From: a virus
Lineage: Duplodnaviria; Caudoviricetes
Virus record (IMG/VR): IMGVR_UViG_3300025785_000024
Location: 1-51,259 of that record
DNA length: 51,259 nucleotides
Direction: 5' to 3' (one strand)
The position numbers and the translations under genes are program-made. Shown here piece after piece: positions 10,198 to 18,961 of this stretch; the stretch's first letter is position 1; each line of letters opens with the position of its first letter. The notes under the pieces were generated by a model. It searched no databases. It worked only from the letters and a program-made list of their open reading frames with translations, and was not told where the DNA came from.

Positions 10198-10896
10198 ATG
10201 GAGATTATTTTTACCGATATTTACAACCCAGATGGTGTGCTAGAGAAGCCAAAGCCAGCATCTGAGTACATTCCTCAATGGTATAAAGATGCTAAGGCGT
10301 ATTTAGACCCTAGCGGTAAAAAAGTACCTCCTTTAGATGGCGTACCAGGCTCAACAATTAAGCGCTGCATGCCTGTATGGGACATGATGACCGCCGGCTA
10401 CATAATGGAAACTCCCTACGATATTTATGTGCGCCAAACCCCAGAAGGACCATACTTTCAGTGGGGTCATATGGAGGCTGTAGTCTTTCAACATATGGAT
10501 CAGTTTCAAAATCATCCGTATTCACGAGACATTAACTACGCTGTTCGTATTGTAATTCCTTGGTCTATTAAAACCCCAAAGGGTTGGTCTATTATGGTTA
10601 TGGAGCCTCAACATCATGAGCAGTCTCCTATTACCTGCGCCAGTGGAATTATTGACACAGACGACTTTTCTATTCCGTTTAATATGTTCCTTAAGCTTCG
10701 TGACCCTAACTTTGAGGGCATGATCCCCGCTGGTACCCCCTTCTTACAGATAATTCCTTTTAAAAGAGAAGCTTGGACATCAAGATTAGGCGGAGACAAG
10801 GAAAGAAAAAAGCATGCCGCTGATTACAGTAAGTTTTTGCGTGTTTTCTTTGATCGATATAAGAAGTTTTGGTGGAATAAGAAAGAATACAAGTAG
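10198..10896 (+). CDS. Hypothetical protein, possibly dUTPase-like beta-clip fold
   Basis: ATG at 10198 with SD aaggag. TIKRCMP..GY, PWSIKTPKGWS, GIIDTD and IPAGTPFLQIIPFKRE motifs. Fold call is from recollection only. Confidence 0.5.
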   Translation: MEIIFTDIYNPDGVLEKPKPASEYIPQWYKDAKAYLDPSGKKVPPLDGVPGSTIKRCMPVWDMMTAGYIMETPYDIYVRQTPEGPYFQWGHMEAVVFQHMDQFQNHPYSRDINYAVRIVIPWSIKTPKGWSIMVMEPQHHEQSPITCASGIIDTDDFSIPFNMFLKLRDPNFEGMIPAGTPFLQIIPFKREAWTSRLGGDKERKKHAADYSKFLRVFFDRYKKFWWNKKEYK

Positions 10897-10899
10897 CAG

Positions 10900-10934
10900 T
10901 TTCGCCCTCTTAAGCGCGGGCTTTAGGGGATAAT
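10900..10934 (+). promoter_or_regulatory. Candidate phage-specific promoter TTTCGC-N23-GATAAT
   Basis: Intergenic; same spacing as three other sites. Confidence 0.5.
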
Positions 10935-10968
10935 AAAAGCGTCCTTCCCCTAAGCCCAGTGAGGTTTC

Positions 10969-11427
10969 ATGTCTCAGATTAAGTACTACGACACTGGCTC
11001 CAGTCAATGGATTGCAGCGATCGTAGGCGCGCAGGGCGCTCAAGGAACACAAGGACTACAGGGCTTTGGCTATGCTCAGTTACAGGGCGTACAAGGTATT
11101 CAAGGTAATACTGGCGCACAAGGAACCACAGGTCTACAAGGTATAACTGGCTCTCAAGGCACGCAGGGTTTACAAGGCCTACAAGGTATTCAGGGAACAA
11201 CTGGTATTCAGGGCTCACTTGGTACGCAGGGAACAACTGGAGCGCAAGGCTCTCAAGGAACCACTGGTATACAAGGGCTTACTGGTTTCCAAGGTGTACA
11301 AGGTCTACAAGGTATTCAGGGCTTACAAGGAACCACAGGTATACAAGGTAACCTTGGTGTACAAGGTATTCAAGGCTCTTATGCTTTTGACCCAACAGTT
11401 AGCTTCTTAATGCTGGGTGGGATGTAA
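10969..11427 (+). CDS. Short collagen-like G-X-Q protein
   Basis: N-terminus MSQIKYYDTGSSQWIAAIVGAQG is nearly identical to that of 5385..8471; hydrophobic C-terminus SFLMLGGM. Confidence 0.8.
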   Translation: MSQIKYYDTGSSQWIAAIVGAQGAQGTQGLQGFGYAQLQGVQGIQGNTGAQGTTGLQGITGSQGTQGLQGLQGIQGTTGIQGSLGTQGTTGAQGSQGTTGIQGLTGFQGVQGLQGIQGLQGTTGIQGNLGVQGIQGSYAFDPTVSFLMLGGM

Positions 11428-11763
11428 TTAAGCGCGGTTGTAGTCATCCTCTAAGCGCACAATGTCATCTTCGCCTAGATAATCACCTAGCTGTACCTCA
11501 ATAAATACTAGATCCGACTCACCAAGATTCTGAATGCGATGCGGATCGCCCTTATCAATGTAAACAGCATCGCCAGTCTTAATGGCAGTCTCTTCACCTT
11601 CTAGAGTAATAAGACCATGGCCTTCAACAATAGTCCAATACTCAACACGCTGTTCGTGAGTCTGATATGAGAGGCGCTGTTGAGGCTTAACAACAATGCG
11701 CTTTACTTTGTATGAACCATCTTCTGCTAGTACCTCGTAGGTACCCCAAGGGCGCTTTTCCAT
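11428..11763 (-). CDS. Cupin, mannose-6-phosphate isomerase type II C-terminal domain-like
   Basis: RPWGTYEVL, VKRIVVKP, LSYQTH, HRIQN and IEVQLGDYLGEDDIVRLEDDYNR are hallmark motifs of the PMI/GMP cupin. Confidence 0.9.
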   Translation of the reverse strand: MEKRPWGTYEVLAEDGSYKVKRIVVKPQQRLSYQTHEQRVEYWTIVEGHGLITLEGEETAIKTGDAVYIDKGDPHRIQNLGESDLVFIEVQLGDYLGEDDIVRLEDDYNRA

Positions 11764-11832
11764 AGCGTAAGAATAGCAGAGATAAATGTAGTTACGCCAT
11801 GTATGTACTAACCCGTGTTGTACACTTCAGGT
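11764..11832. promoter_or_regulatory. Divergent pair of leaderless promoters
   Basis: Minus strand TGc-TATTCT-N6-ATG(11763); plus strand TACACT(11821)-N6-ATG(11833). Neither start has an SD. Confidence 0.6.
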
Positions 11833-12840
11833 ATGAATTTGGTGCAACGTTCGGTGCAAAACGGCGGCAAATTAGCCCCACTTATTATTGAAAAGGGTTT
11901 GACCGAGGGTACTGGTCTAATGAATCCCTCCATATTTATAGATGATGACGGAGATATCCTCTGTATTTTGCGCCACGTCAACTACACCCTTTATCACTCC
12001 GAGCATATGCAGAAGTTCCCCTCAAAGTGGGGCCCTCTTTCTTATCTGCACCCAGAGAAAGACCAGCGCCTAGTTACAGTTAACTACCTATGCCGCCTAG
12101 ATAAAGACCTTAACATTACCGACTACTGTCGCATAGATACCTCTGAGTTAGACGCCCCAGCAGTCTGGGAGTTTGTTGGTCAAGAGGATGCACGATTAGT
12201 TCAGTGGAAAGGCGATTACTACGCCATCGGTGTTCGCCGCGATACTAAAGAAAATGGCGAAGGTCGCATGGAGTACTCCAAGTTAAAGATTGATAAGAAG
12301 AACTGGAGCGCTAAAGAAGTTAAGCGTGTTCGCATACCCGCCCCAGGTAAGGATGACTCGTACTGTGAGAAGAACTGGTACCCAATCCTTGATAAGCCAT
12401 ATCACTTTGTTAAGTGGACTAGTCCAGCAGAGATTGTAAAGGCTGACCCAAAGAAACCTAAGACGGATGTCGTAGTGCAGAAAGAAAAAAGAGTCCCGCT
12501 CTCTGACCAGCGCGGGGGGTCTCACCTAGTAACCTATGGGGATGTATACCTATCAGTTACCCATGAGGTAGGGCTATTTAAGAATTACCTTAGCCAAAAA
12601 GATGGCTTCTATCGCCATCGTCTTATCGTCTGGGATAAAGAGTTTAATATCATTGGGGTATCTCCTCAAGAGTTCTCTTTTCTAGATGCGCGCATTGAGT
12701 TTGCCGCTGGAGCCGCTGTATTAGATAAGGATCTACTGATCTCATTTGGCTTCCAAGATAACTGTGCTTTTGTTCTGCGCGTACCAGAAACAGTTGTAGA
12801 AGAGATGATTGAGGAGGCAAAGAACAGTGGACTCTATTAA
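11833..12840 (+). CDS. Predicted 5-bladed beta-propeller glycosidase/phosphorylase-like protein (GH130/GH43-like)
   Basis: NPSI, GQEDARL, CEKNWYP, RGGS, YRHR and IEFAAG..ISFG.QD motifs. ATG 11833 chosen from the leaderless -10. Confidence 0.65.
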   Translation: MNLVQRSVQNGGKLAPLIIEKGLTEGTGLMNPSIFIDDDGDILCILRHVNYTLYHSEHMQKFPSKWGPLSYLHPEKDQRLVTVNYLCRLDKDLNITDYCRIDTSELDAPAVWEFVGQEDARLVQWKGDYYAIGVRRDTKENGEGRMEYSKLKIDKKNWSAKEVKRVRIPAPGKDDSYCEKNWYPILDKPYHFVKWTSPAEIVKADPKKPKTDVVVQKEKRVPLSDQRGGSHLVTYGDVYLSVTHEVGLFKNYLSQKDGFYRHRLIVWDKEFNIIGVSPQEFSFLDARIEFAAGAAVLDKDLLISFGFQDNCAFVLRVPETVVEEMIEEAKNSGLY

Positions 12841-14077
12841 GACCCTAATTGAGAGGGCTTCCTTTCAACCATTTAATCCCAACACAAACTTTTGGATTGG
12901 TGAAGAGTATCTAAAGATAGATCAGACAGCATCGGCTGTATCTTTCTATCTACGAGCCGCTGAGTACGGATATGAAACCCACCCCAACATCGTCTACGCT
13001 TCTCTACTAAGAATTGCGCTCTGCTTTGATAAACAACAGGGACGCGGCCATAGTAGCGTGACTTCTATTCTTCAGGCTATCTCTTATCTGCCTACTAGAC
13101 CGGAAGCTTACTTCTACCTCTCACGGCACAATGAGCGCAAAGGTGAATGGCAAGAGGCCTATACCTACGCTGATCTAGGACTTCGTTATGCAGACCGAAT
13201 TGAGACACTGCCAGTAGACCTTGAGTACCCAGGAAAGTACGCTCTTTTATTTGAGAAGGCGGTTAGTGGTTGGTGGCTTGGGCGCGATAAAGAAAGCCAC
13301 GATATATTTAAAGACCTACTTAATAACTACCCAATTGCTCCTGAGTACCGTAATGGAATCCTTTCTAACCTAAAGAACATTAAAAACTTCTCCGAGCAAG
13401 AAGATGTAGTTAATACTATGGAGCCTATTGTTGCTAACTACCGTAAGTACTTTGGTAAGAAAGCCAACACTATTGTAGATATTGGTACACGCGATGGTGA
13501 TGACGCTAACTGGCTTAAAGAGCGTTTACACGCAACTAAAGTTATTGCTATTGATGCAAGTCCAAGCGCCTTTGAACTTACTAAAGAGCGCTACCCATGG
13601 ATGGAAGTGCATCATGTGGCTGTCTCTGATTACGAAGGAGAGACAAAATTTCAACAGGTTATCTCTGATGATATCTCTGAAGTTGGATGCTCCTCTATCT
13701 ATGCCGATAAAGTAGTTAACAATGAGCGCTTTAAAGGTAAAGTAAATGAAATCACTGTGCCTGTTACGCGCATGGATTCTTTATTAAGAGAGAACACCAC
13801 AGGGCTTCTCGACCTAGTTAAGGTAGATGTAGAAGGCTTTACTTGGGAAGTCCTTAACGGCTTTGGCCTGCGCCTAAGGGATGTAAAAATGTTTCATCTT
13901 GAGACCGACCATATAAAGACTCAGCCTAACCACAAGTCCCCAGAAGAGATTGCGGCCTTTATGGAAGCCAACGATTTCTTCTTAGTAGATAAGTCCTACG
14001 AGTGGGGCCCAGGTATTGAGGACCAAATTTGGATTAACAAAGACTACGTTATCTACCACAAAGAGGTGTTCAATTGA
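12827..14077 (+). CDS. TPR domain fused to FkbM-family methyltransferase
   Basis: GTG 12827 after SD gaggagg. N-terminal TPR-like helices (FYLRAAE, PTRPEAYFYLS); C-terminal IVDIGTRDG and LVKVDVEG motifs. Confidence 0.8.
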   Translation: MDSIKTLIERASFQPFNPNTNFWIGEEYLKIDQTASAVSFYLRAAEYGYETHPNIVYASLLRIALCFDKQQGRGHSSVTSILQAISYLPTRPEAYFYLSRHNERKGEWQEAYTYADLGLRYADRIETLPVDLEYPGKYALLFEKAVSGWWLGRDKESHDIFKDLLNNYPIAPEYRNGILSNLKNIKNFSEQEDVVNTMEPIVANYRKYFGKKANTIVDIGTRDGDDANWLKERLHATKVIAIDASPSAFELTKERYPWMEVHHVAVSDYEGETKFQQVISDDISEVGCSSIYADKVVNNERFKGKVNEITVPVTRMDSLLRENTTGLLDLVKVDVEGFTWEVLNGFGLRLRDVKMFHLETDHIKTQPNHKSPEEIAAFMEANDFFLVDKSYEWGPGIEDQIWINKDYVIYHKEVFN

Positions 14078-14793
14078 TCCCACACGCAGTCCATCATAAG
14101 CCAGTAGAAGTAAACACCAAGATGTTCTTTGATATTGGTGCCAATAAAGGCGAGGCTACTTGGGCGGCACTTCACCTTAAAGGTTTTAATAAGGTGATCG
14201 CTTTAGAGCCAGCGCCTAAAGTTTTTTACAACCTAGTCTTTAACTATAAAGATGACCCTAGAGTTATCCCTTACCGTTTAGCCGCCTCTGATAGCACAGG
14301 AAGTGTTGTAGATTTTTATGAGTGTGTAGAAGATGGCCTATCTACCCTAAATGAGGAGTGGCTAACCGCAGACACGGCTCGATATAAGGGAAAGAAGTAC
14401 GAGACTATCAAGGCAACCACAGTAAAGCTTGACGACCTTATCTATGAGTACGGCACCCCTGAGTTAATTAAAATCGATGTTGAGGGCGGAGAAGACCTAG
14501 TATTTGCTGGCTACACAGGAAAAGCTCCTAAGCTATGTTTTGAGTGGACGCTAGAAGATGTACCAAAGCATATTAAACAGTTAGAGCGCTTGAGCATGGT
14601 TAACGGCTATACCGAGTATGCTCTCCAATATATTGAGCATCACCTCGATGAACCCACTGAATACCGCCCTATTACCAAAGCCAGAGAGCTCCCTAAATGG
14701 ATTAAAGAAACGGCGCCTGATTGGGAGAACGAAGGCTGGAAAGCGGCGGGATTGCGCCAAGCAGCTGACGCAGGGATGATTTGGGTACGCTAG
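14074..14793 (+). CDS. FkbM-family (Methyltransf_21) SAM-dependent methyltransferase
   Basis: FFDIGANKG, VIALEP, LDDLI and LIKIDVEGGE motifs. Confidence 0.88.
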   Translation: MIPHAVHHKPVEVNTKMFFDIGANKGEATWAALHLKGFNKVIALEPAPKVFYNLVFNYKDDPRVIPYRLAASDSTGSVVDFYECVEDGLSTLNEEWLTADTARYKGKKYETIKATTVKLDDLIYEYGTPELIKIDVEGGEDLVFAGYTGKAPKLCFEWTLEDVPKHIKQLERLSMVNGYTEYALQYIEHHLDEPTEYRPITKARELPKWIKETAPDWENEGWKAAGLRQAADAGMIWVR

Positions 14794-14828
14794 TTTAGCC
14801 ATACAAACAGGGTGCTAATAGGGATAAT
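14794..14828 (+). promoter_or_regulatory. Candidate phage-specific promoter TTTAGC-N23-GATAAT
   Basis: Intergenic; same spacing as three other sites. Confidence 0.5.
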
Positions 14829-14854
14829 TTCTTTATAACCTTTAAAGGAGTCCC

Positions 14855-15187
14855 ATGGCAACCGCTTATAAAGTTTTAAATCAGGTTAACCCAGCCGCCA
14901 CAACAGAGACAACCCTTTACACACCAAGTGGCGCAGCCGCTGCTGTTGTTTCTACCCTTACTATCTGTAACCAAGCCAACTCCCCAGCCACTTACCGTAT
15001 TGCCGTGTGGCCAAATGGAACATCTTCTACAGTCGCTAAGAACTGGATTGTCTATGGCGCAACCGTGAACGCTAATGACACAACTGCGCTAACTCTTGGA
15101 CTTACCCTTGAAAACGGCGCAACCCTACGCGTCTACGCCTCTTCAGCTAACTTGTCCTTCAATGCGTTTGGGTCAGAAATCTCGTAA
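14855..15187 (+). CDS. Small beta-sandwich virion structural protein
   Basis: MATAYKVL..TLYTP..STLTICN..FNAFGSEI; SD aaaggag. Confidence 0.65.
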   Translation: MATAYKVLNQVNPAATTETTLYTPSGAAAAVVSTLTICNQANSPATYRIAVWPNGTSSTVAKNWIVYGATVNANDTTALTLGLTLENGATLRVYASSANLSFNAFGSEIS

Positions 15188-15813
15188 TGTCAATTTCTAC
15201 AGCTAATACCTCTGCAGCGAATCAATATAGATATCGCTATGTAGCCACGGGCGGAGAGACCTCTGTCTCTGGCGTGGACGCTAATGGTGCGACTATCTCT
15301 TACCTTGTAGGTAAAGAGCAGGTTTACTATAACGGCGCCCTTTTAGTTCGTGGCCAGGACTACACGGCTACTGATGGCGCAACTATTGGCTCTCTAGCCG
15401 CCCTTAAAGCGGGAGATACCCTAGAGCTAATTACCTTCTCCGCCTTTAACTTGGCTACTATCTCTGGCGCAACAATCACCGCATCTACTATTACCTACGC
15501 AATTAACGCCCAAACATCTTCATATACAGCGGTATTAAATGACGGTGGAGCAGTTGTAACTATGACAAGCGCCAGCGCTAATACTTTTTCAATTCCCACA
15601 AACAGTTCAGTGGGATTTCCTGTGGGGTCTTCCATTACCATTATCCAAGCGGGAACTGGACAGACAACCATTCAGGCGGTCACATCCGGAACCACAACTG
15701 TAGCTTCAACTGGGGCAACTGCAAGCGCGCCTAAACTACGCGCCCAGTACTCAACAGCTACAGTGTTAAAAATAGCAACAGACACCTGGTATGTCTTTGG
15801 AGACATCCTCTAG
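15187..15813 (+). CDS. Fibre-related protein sharing two domains with 5385..8471
   Basis: DYTATDG domain plus INAQT..PKLRAQYS..GDIL domain. Confidence 0.7.
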   Translation: MSISTANTSAANQYRYRYVATGGETSVSGVDANGATISYLVGKEQVYYNGALLVRGQDYTATDGATIGSLAALKAGDTLELITFSAFNLATISGATITASTITYAINAQTSSYTAVLNDGGAVVTMTSASANTFSIPTNSSVGFPVGSSITIIQAGTGQTTIQAVTSGTTTVASTGATASAPKLRAQYSTATVLKIATDTWYVFGDIL

Positions 15814-15826
15814 TGGAGGTAAGTAG

Positions 15827-16291
15827 ATGACATCAGCTCGTTCCGAGGCAGCCCTCATTGATGCCTTAACTACTAAAGGCGACCTCATTGCCGCCTCTGC
15901 TGCGCAGACCCCAGTAAAAGTTTCTGTAGGAACAGATGGTCAAGTATTAACTGCGGCCTCTAGCCAGACTTCAGGGCTACAGTGGACAACTATTTCCACT
16001 AAGCCTTACACAACGTCTTCAATCTCTTCTAATACAACTGCTGTTGCTTATGCACATTACATGGTTAATACCGCAGCGGCTGTAACACTTACTCTTCCTG
16101 CATCGGCTTCAATCGGTGATGAAATTCGTGTGTTTGATGCGACAGGAAGCGCAGCAACCAATAACATTACTATTGCGCCTAATGGATTAAACATCCAGGG
16201 CTCAGTACAAAATCTTATCCTTGACGTTGCTTACGGCACCGTTGGTCTTGAATACACAGGCGCTACCTATGGATGGAAGGTTCTCGTATGA
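15827..16291 (+). CDS. Fibre-related protein
   Basis: TTKGDLI..VGTDGQVLTA segment, and a VTLTLPASASIGDEIRVFD..NNITI repeat of the T4 long-tail-fibre proximal type. Confidence 0.65.
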   Translation: MTSARSEAALIDALTTKGDLIAASAAQTPVKVSVGTDGQVLTAASSQTSGLQWTTISTKPYTTSSISSNTTAVAYAHYMVNTAAAVTLTLPASASIGDEIRVFDATGSAATNNITIAPNGLNIQGSVQNLILDVAYGTVGLEYTGATYGWKVLV

Positions 16292-16923
16292 CCCTAAACT
16301 TATCAACCCTCTACGGAAACGTAGGGCCAGCAAACTCAGATATCGCCGCAGCAGTTGCTGCCCCATCTGCATCTACTATTGCTACAGCGGTAGCAGGAGC
16401 AGTTCCTACTATTTCTGCTATTAACACATCTGTTTCTACTTATGCATCTGGTTTTGGTAATACCTATACGCTCTTGACTTCTGGCACTATGTCAGGTGCA
16501 ACTTCCTACACCTACTCTTGGAGTGGCACATATAAAAAGTTAGTTATCTACTCTCCATCCATTTACTTTACTGCTGCTGCTGATAATATATGCGTAAGAT
16601 TTAATGGAGACTCAAGTGCTTCTAACTATGTGAGTTCTTATATTTACTACAATAACTATCTTTCATCACCCGTAGGAAACTATGGGTATTTCTACCTTAC
16701 AATAGGTGGAAACGCCGCTGGCTCTTCAAGTGCTCTTAGATTTAGCATAGATTATCCAACAAACACTAATCCAAAGTCCGTACAAATTGATGGTACTTCA
16801 CAAGGTACTGCCCCTGTTTTCGGGCAAGGTTATTACTTAGGCTCTTCAATAACCTCTGTTACTTTTTTTGGGGCTAATAGCCGCGGAATTAACGGCCCTG
16901 TTTATGTATATGGAGTGAACTAA
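16288..16923 (+). CDS. Putative fibre tip/receptor-binding domain protein
   Basis: ATGA overlap with the upstream gene; Ala-rich N-terminal stalk, Tyr/Ser-rich beta domain ending YVYGVN. Confidence 0.5.
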   Translation: MTLNLSTLYGNVGPANSDIAAAVAAPSASTIATAVAGAVPTISAINTSVSTYASGFGNTYTLLTSGTMSGATSYTYSWSGTYKKLVIYSPSIYFTAAADNICVRFNGDSSASNYVSSYIYYNNYLSSPVGNYGYFYLTIGGNAAGSSSALRFSIDYPTNTNPKSVQIDGTSQGTAPVFGQGYYLGSSITSVTFFGANSRGINGPVYVYGVN

Positions 16924-17174
16924 TGACTGATACAACTCGCCCACAAGTAACTATCGTTCATGGCCTTCCAGAAGACCCTGACCATGTAAATGAGACTCGT
17001 GAAATGAATGATGTTGAGTTTGCTCAATATCAAATTGACCAAACAGCCGCCCAAGAAGCGGCAACTGCTCAAGCGGCTGTAGAAGCAGCGGCTCAGGCTA
17101 AGAAAGATGCAGTAGCAGCAGTACTCGCTAAGTTAGGCATCACACAAGACGTACTAGATCTACTTACTAAGTAA
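16923..17174 (+). CDS. Small fibre-associated/chaperone-like protein
   Basis: REMNDVE..AKKDAVAAVLAKLGIT helical C-terminus; TAATG coupling. Confidence 0.55.
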   Translation: MTDTTRPQVTIVHGLPEDPDHVNETREMNDVEFAQYQIDQTAAQEAATAQAAVEAAAQAKKDAVAAVLAKLGITQDVLDLLTK

Positions 17175-17197
17175 GGTCTTATCTATAGGAGTGTAAA

Positions 17198-18961
17198 TTG
17201 AGTATTCGTCACGCTAGTGAAGAGGGCTTCAGTTTTCCTCCTGGAAGTAAGCTTGAACGCGGAAGCTCTATTTCGCGCCCAGAGTTTAAGGTTCAAGATG
17301 TACCAGATGCGCCTAGCGCGCCTTCTGCTACAGATGTAGGCACTAGTCGCGCACTTAATAATGGCGCGGCTACAGTCTCATTTACCCCAGCCCCTACAGG
17401 GGGTGCGGCTTCTTCTTATACAGTTATATCTAGCCCTGGATCATTTACGGGCACTGGCCCCTCTTCTCCCGTTACTGTTACAGGGCTTGCAAGCGCGACC
17501 TCATATACATTTTCTGTAAGCGCCTCTAATACAACTGGTTCTTCTGGATCATCTGGCGCCAGCGCATCTATTACTGCTACTACTGTCCCAGGCGCGCCTA
17601 CAGTAGGCACTCCAACAGTACCAACAGGTCAAGCATATGGAGCTAACGCAAACGTATCTGTTCCATTTACCGCACCCACTGCTTCGGGCGGTAAAGCTAT
17701 TACCTCTTATACAGTAACCTCATCAAGCGGTAATACTGGATCTGGGTCTTCTTCTCCTATTACAGTATCTGATGTAGTAGGTACTGCTAGAACTTATACA
17801 GTAACCGCGACTAACGCTAATGGTACTGGCAGCGCTTCTTCTGCATCTTCTTCTGCTACCCCAACTACAGTCCCACAGGCACCTACTATTGGAACTGCAT
17901 CTGGCGGAACTTCAGGAGTTGTCTCTGTTGCATTTACAGCAAATGCTACTGGTGGTTCTTCTATTACTGGCTATACAGTAACTTCATCTTCTGGACGCAC
18001 AGGGTCTGGAGCATCTTCTCCCGTTACTGTTACTGAAATTGCTGCTGGTTCTTACACTTACACAGTTACTGCTACAAATGCTAATGGTACATCTGCAGCA
18101 TCAAGCGCATCTAATAGCGTTACCTCATCATTCCTCGCAGTTACTGGTGGAACACTCTCTTCGGACACCACTTACTACTACAGAACCTTTACTGGTAATG
18201 GAACTCTAACGGTAAGTGGGGGCTCTATAACTGCCGACCTTTTGGTTATTGCTGGAGGTGGTAGCGGAACTAGTGATAGCGGTTCTGGCGGAGGCGGTGC
18301 TGGTGGAGTTCAATACCTATCTTCTCAAATTGTTTCTGCAAATTCATACACAGTAACAGTTGGTGGAGGAGGAAGCACTGTTGCATCTGGTAGCCCTGCA
18401 CCAAACGGCAACAACGGTAATAACTCTTCTATATCAGGATTTACTGCCGCTGTTGGCGGTGGCGGTGGCTCAAACCGCTCAAGCGCAGCGACAGGTGGTT
18501 CTGGTGGTGGCGGTGGCGGCTGGGGGAATTTTGCGGGCGGTTCTCCAACAAGCGGTCAGGGAAATGCTGGTGGTAACTCTAACTACCCTGGAGTTGCTGG
18601 AGGTGGCGGTGGTGGCGCTGGTGGTGCTGGCGCCTCAACTAACTCAAACTCTGGTGGAAATGGGGGAGTAGGTACTTCTTCTTACTCTACCTGGGCATCT
18701 GCAACAAGCACAGGTGTTTCTGGATATTATGCAGGTGGCGGCGGTGGTGGAGGAATTCCTGGAAATAGCGCTGGAACAGGCGGGTCAGGCGGAGGAGGAG
18801 CAGGCAGTTCAAACAATACTAACAGTACAACAGCGAGCGGTACCTCAGGAACTGCTAACACTGGCGGCGGTGGAGGTTCTTCCGCAAGTTCCAGTGGTAC
18901 TGGCGGTGGCGGTGGTTCTGGTTTAGTTATTGTTCGTTGGACGAAAGCACAAGGTGGATGA
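17198..18961 (+). CDS. Fibronectin type III repeat protein with Gly-rich domain (paralog of 8471..9844)
   Basis: TTG start with SD aggag; three Fn3-like units, then a Gly-rich domain ending GGSGLVIVRW. Confidence 0.8.
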   Translation: MSIRHASEEGFSFPPGSKLERGSSISRPEFKVQDVPDAPSAPSATDVGTSRALNNGAATVSFTPAPTGGAASSYTVISSPGSFTGTGPSSPVTVTGLASATSYTFSVSASNTTGSSGSSGASASITATTVPGAPTVGTPTVPTGQAYGANANVSVPFTAPTASGGKAITSYTVTSSSGNTGSGSSSPITVSDVVGTARTYTVTATNANGTGSASSASSSATPTTVPQAPTIGTASGGTSGVVSVAFTANATGGSSITGYTVTSSSGRTGSGASSPVTVTEIAAGSYTYTVTATNANGTSAASSASNSVTSSFLAVTGGTLSSDTTYYYRTFTGNGTLTVSGGSITADLLVIAGGGSGTSDSGSGGGGAGGVQYLSSQIVSANSYTVTVGGGGSTVASGSPAPNGNNGNNSSISGFTAAVGGGGGSNRSSAATGGSGGGGGGWGNFAGGSPTSGQGNAGGNSNYPGVAGGGGGGAGGAGASTNSNSGGNGGVGTSSYSTWASATSTGVSGYYAGGGGGGGIPGNSAGTGGSGGGGAGSSNNTNSTTASGTSGTANTGGGGGSSASSSGTGGGGGSGLVIVRWTKAQGG

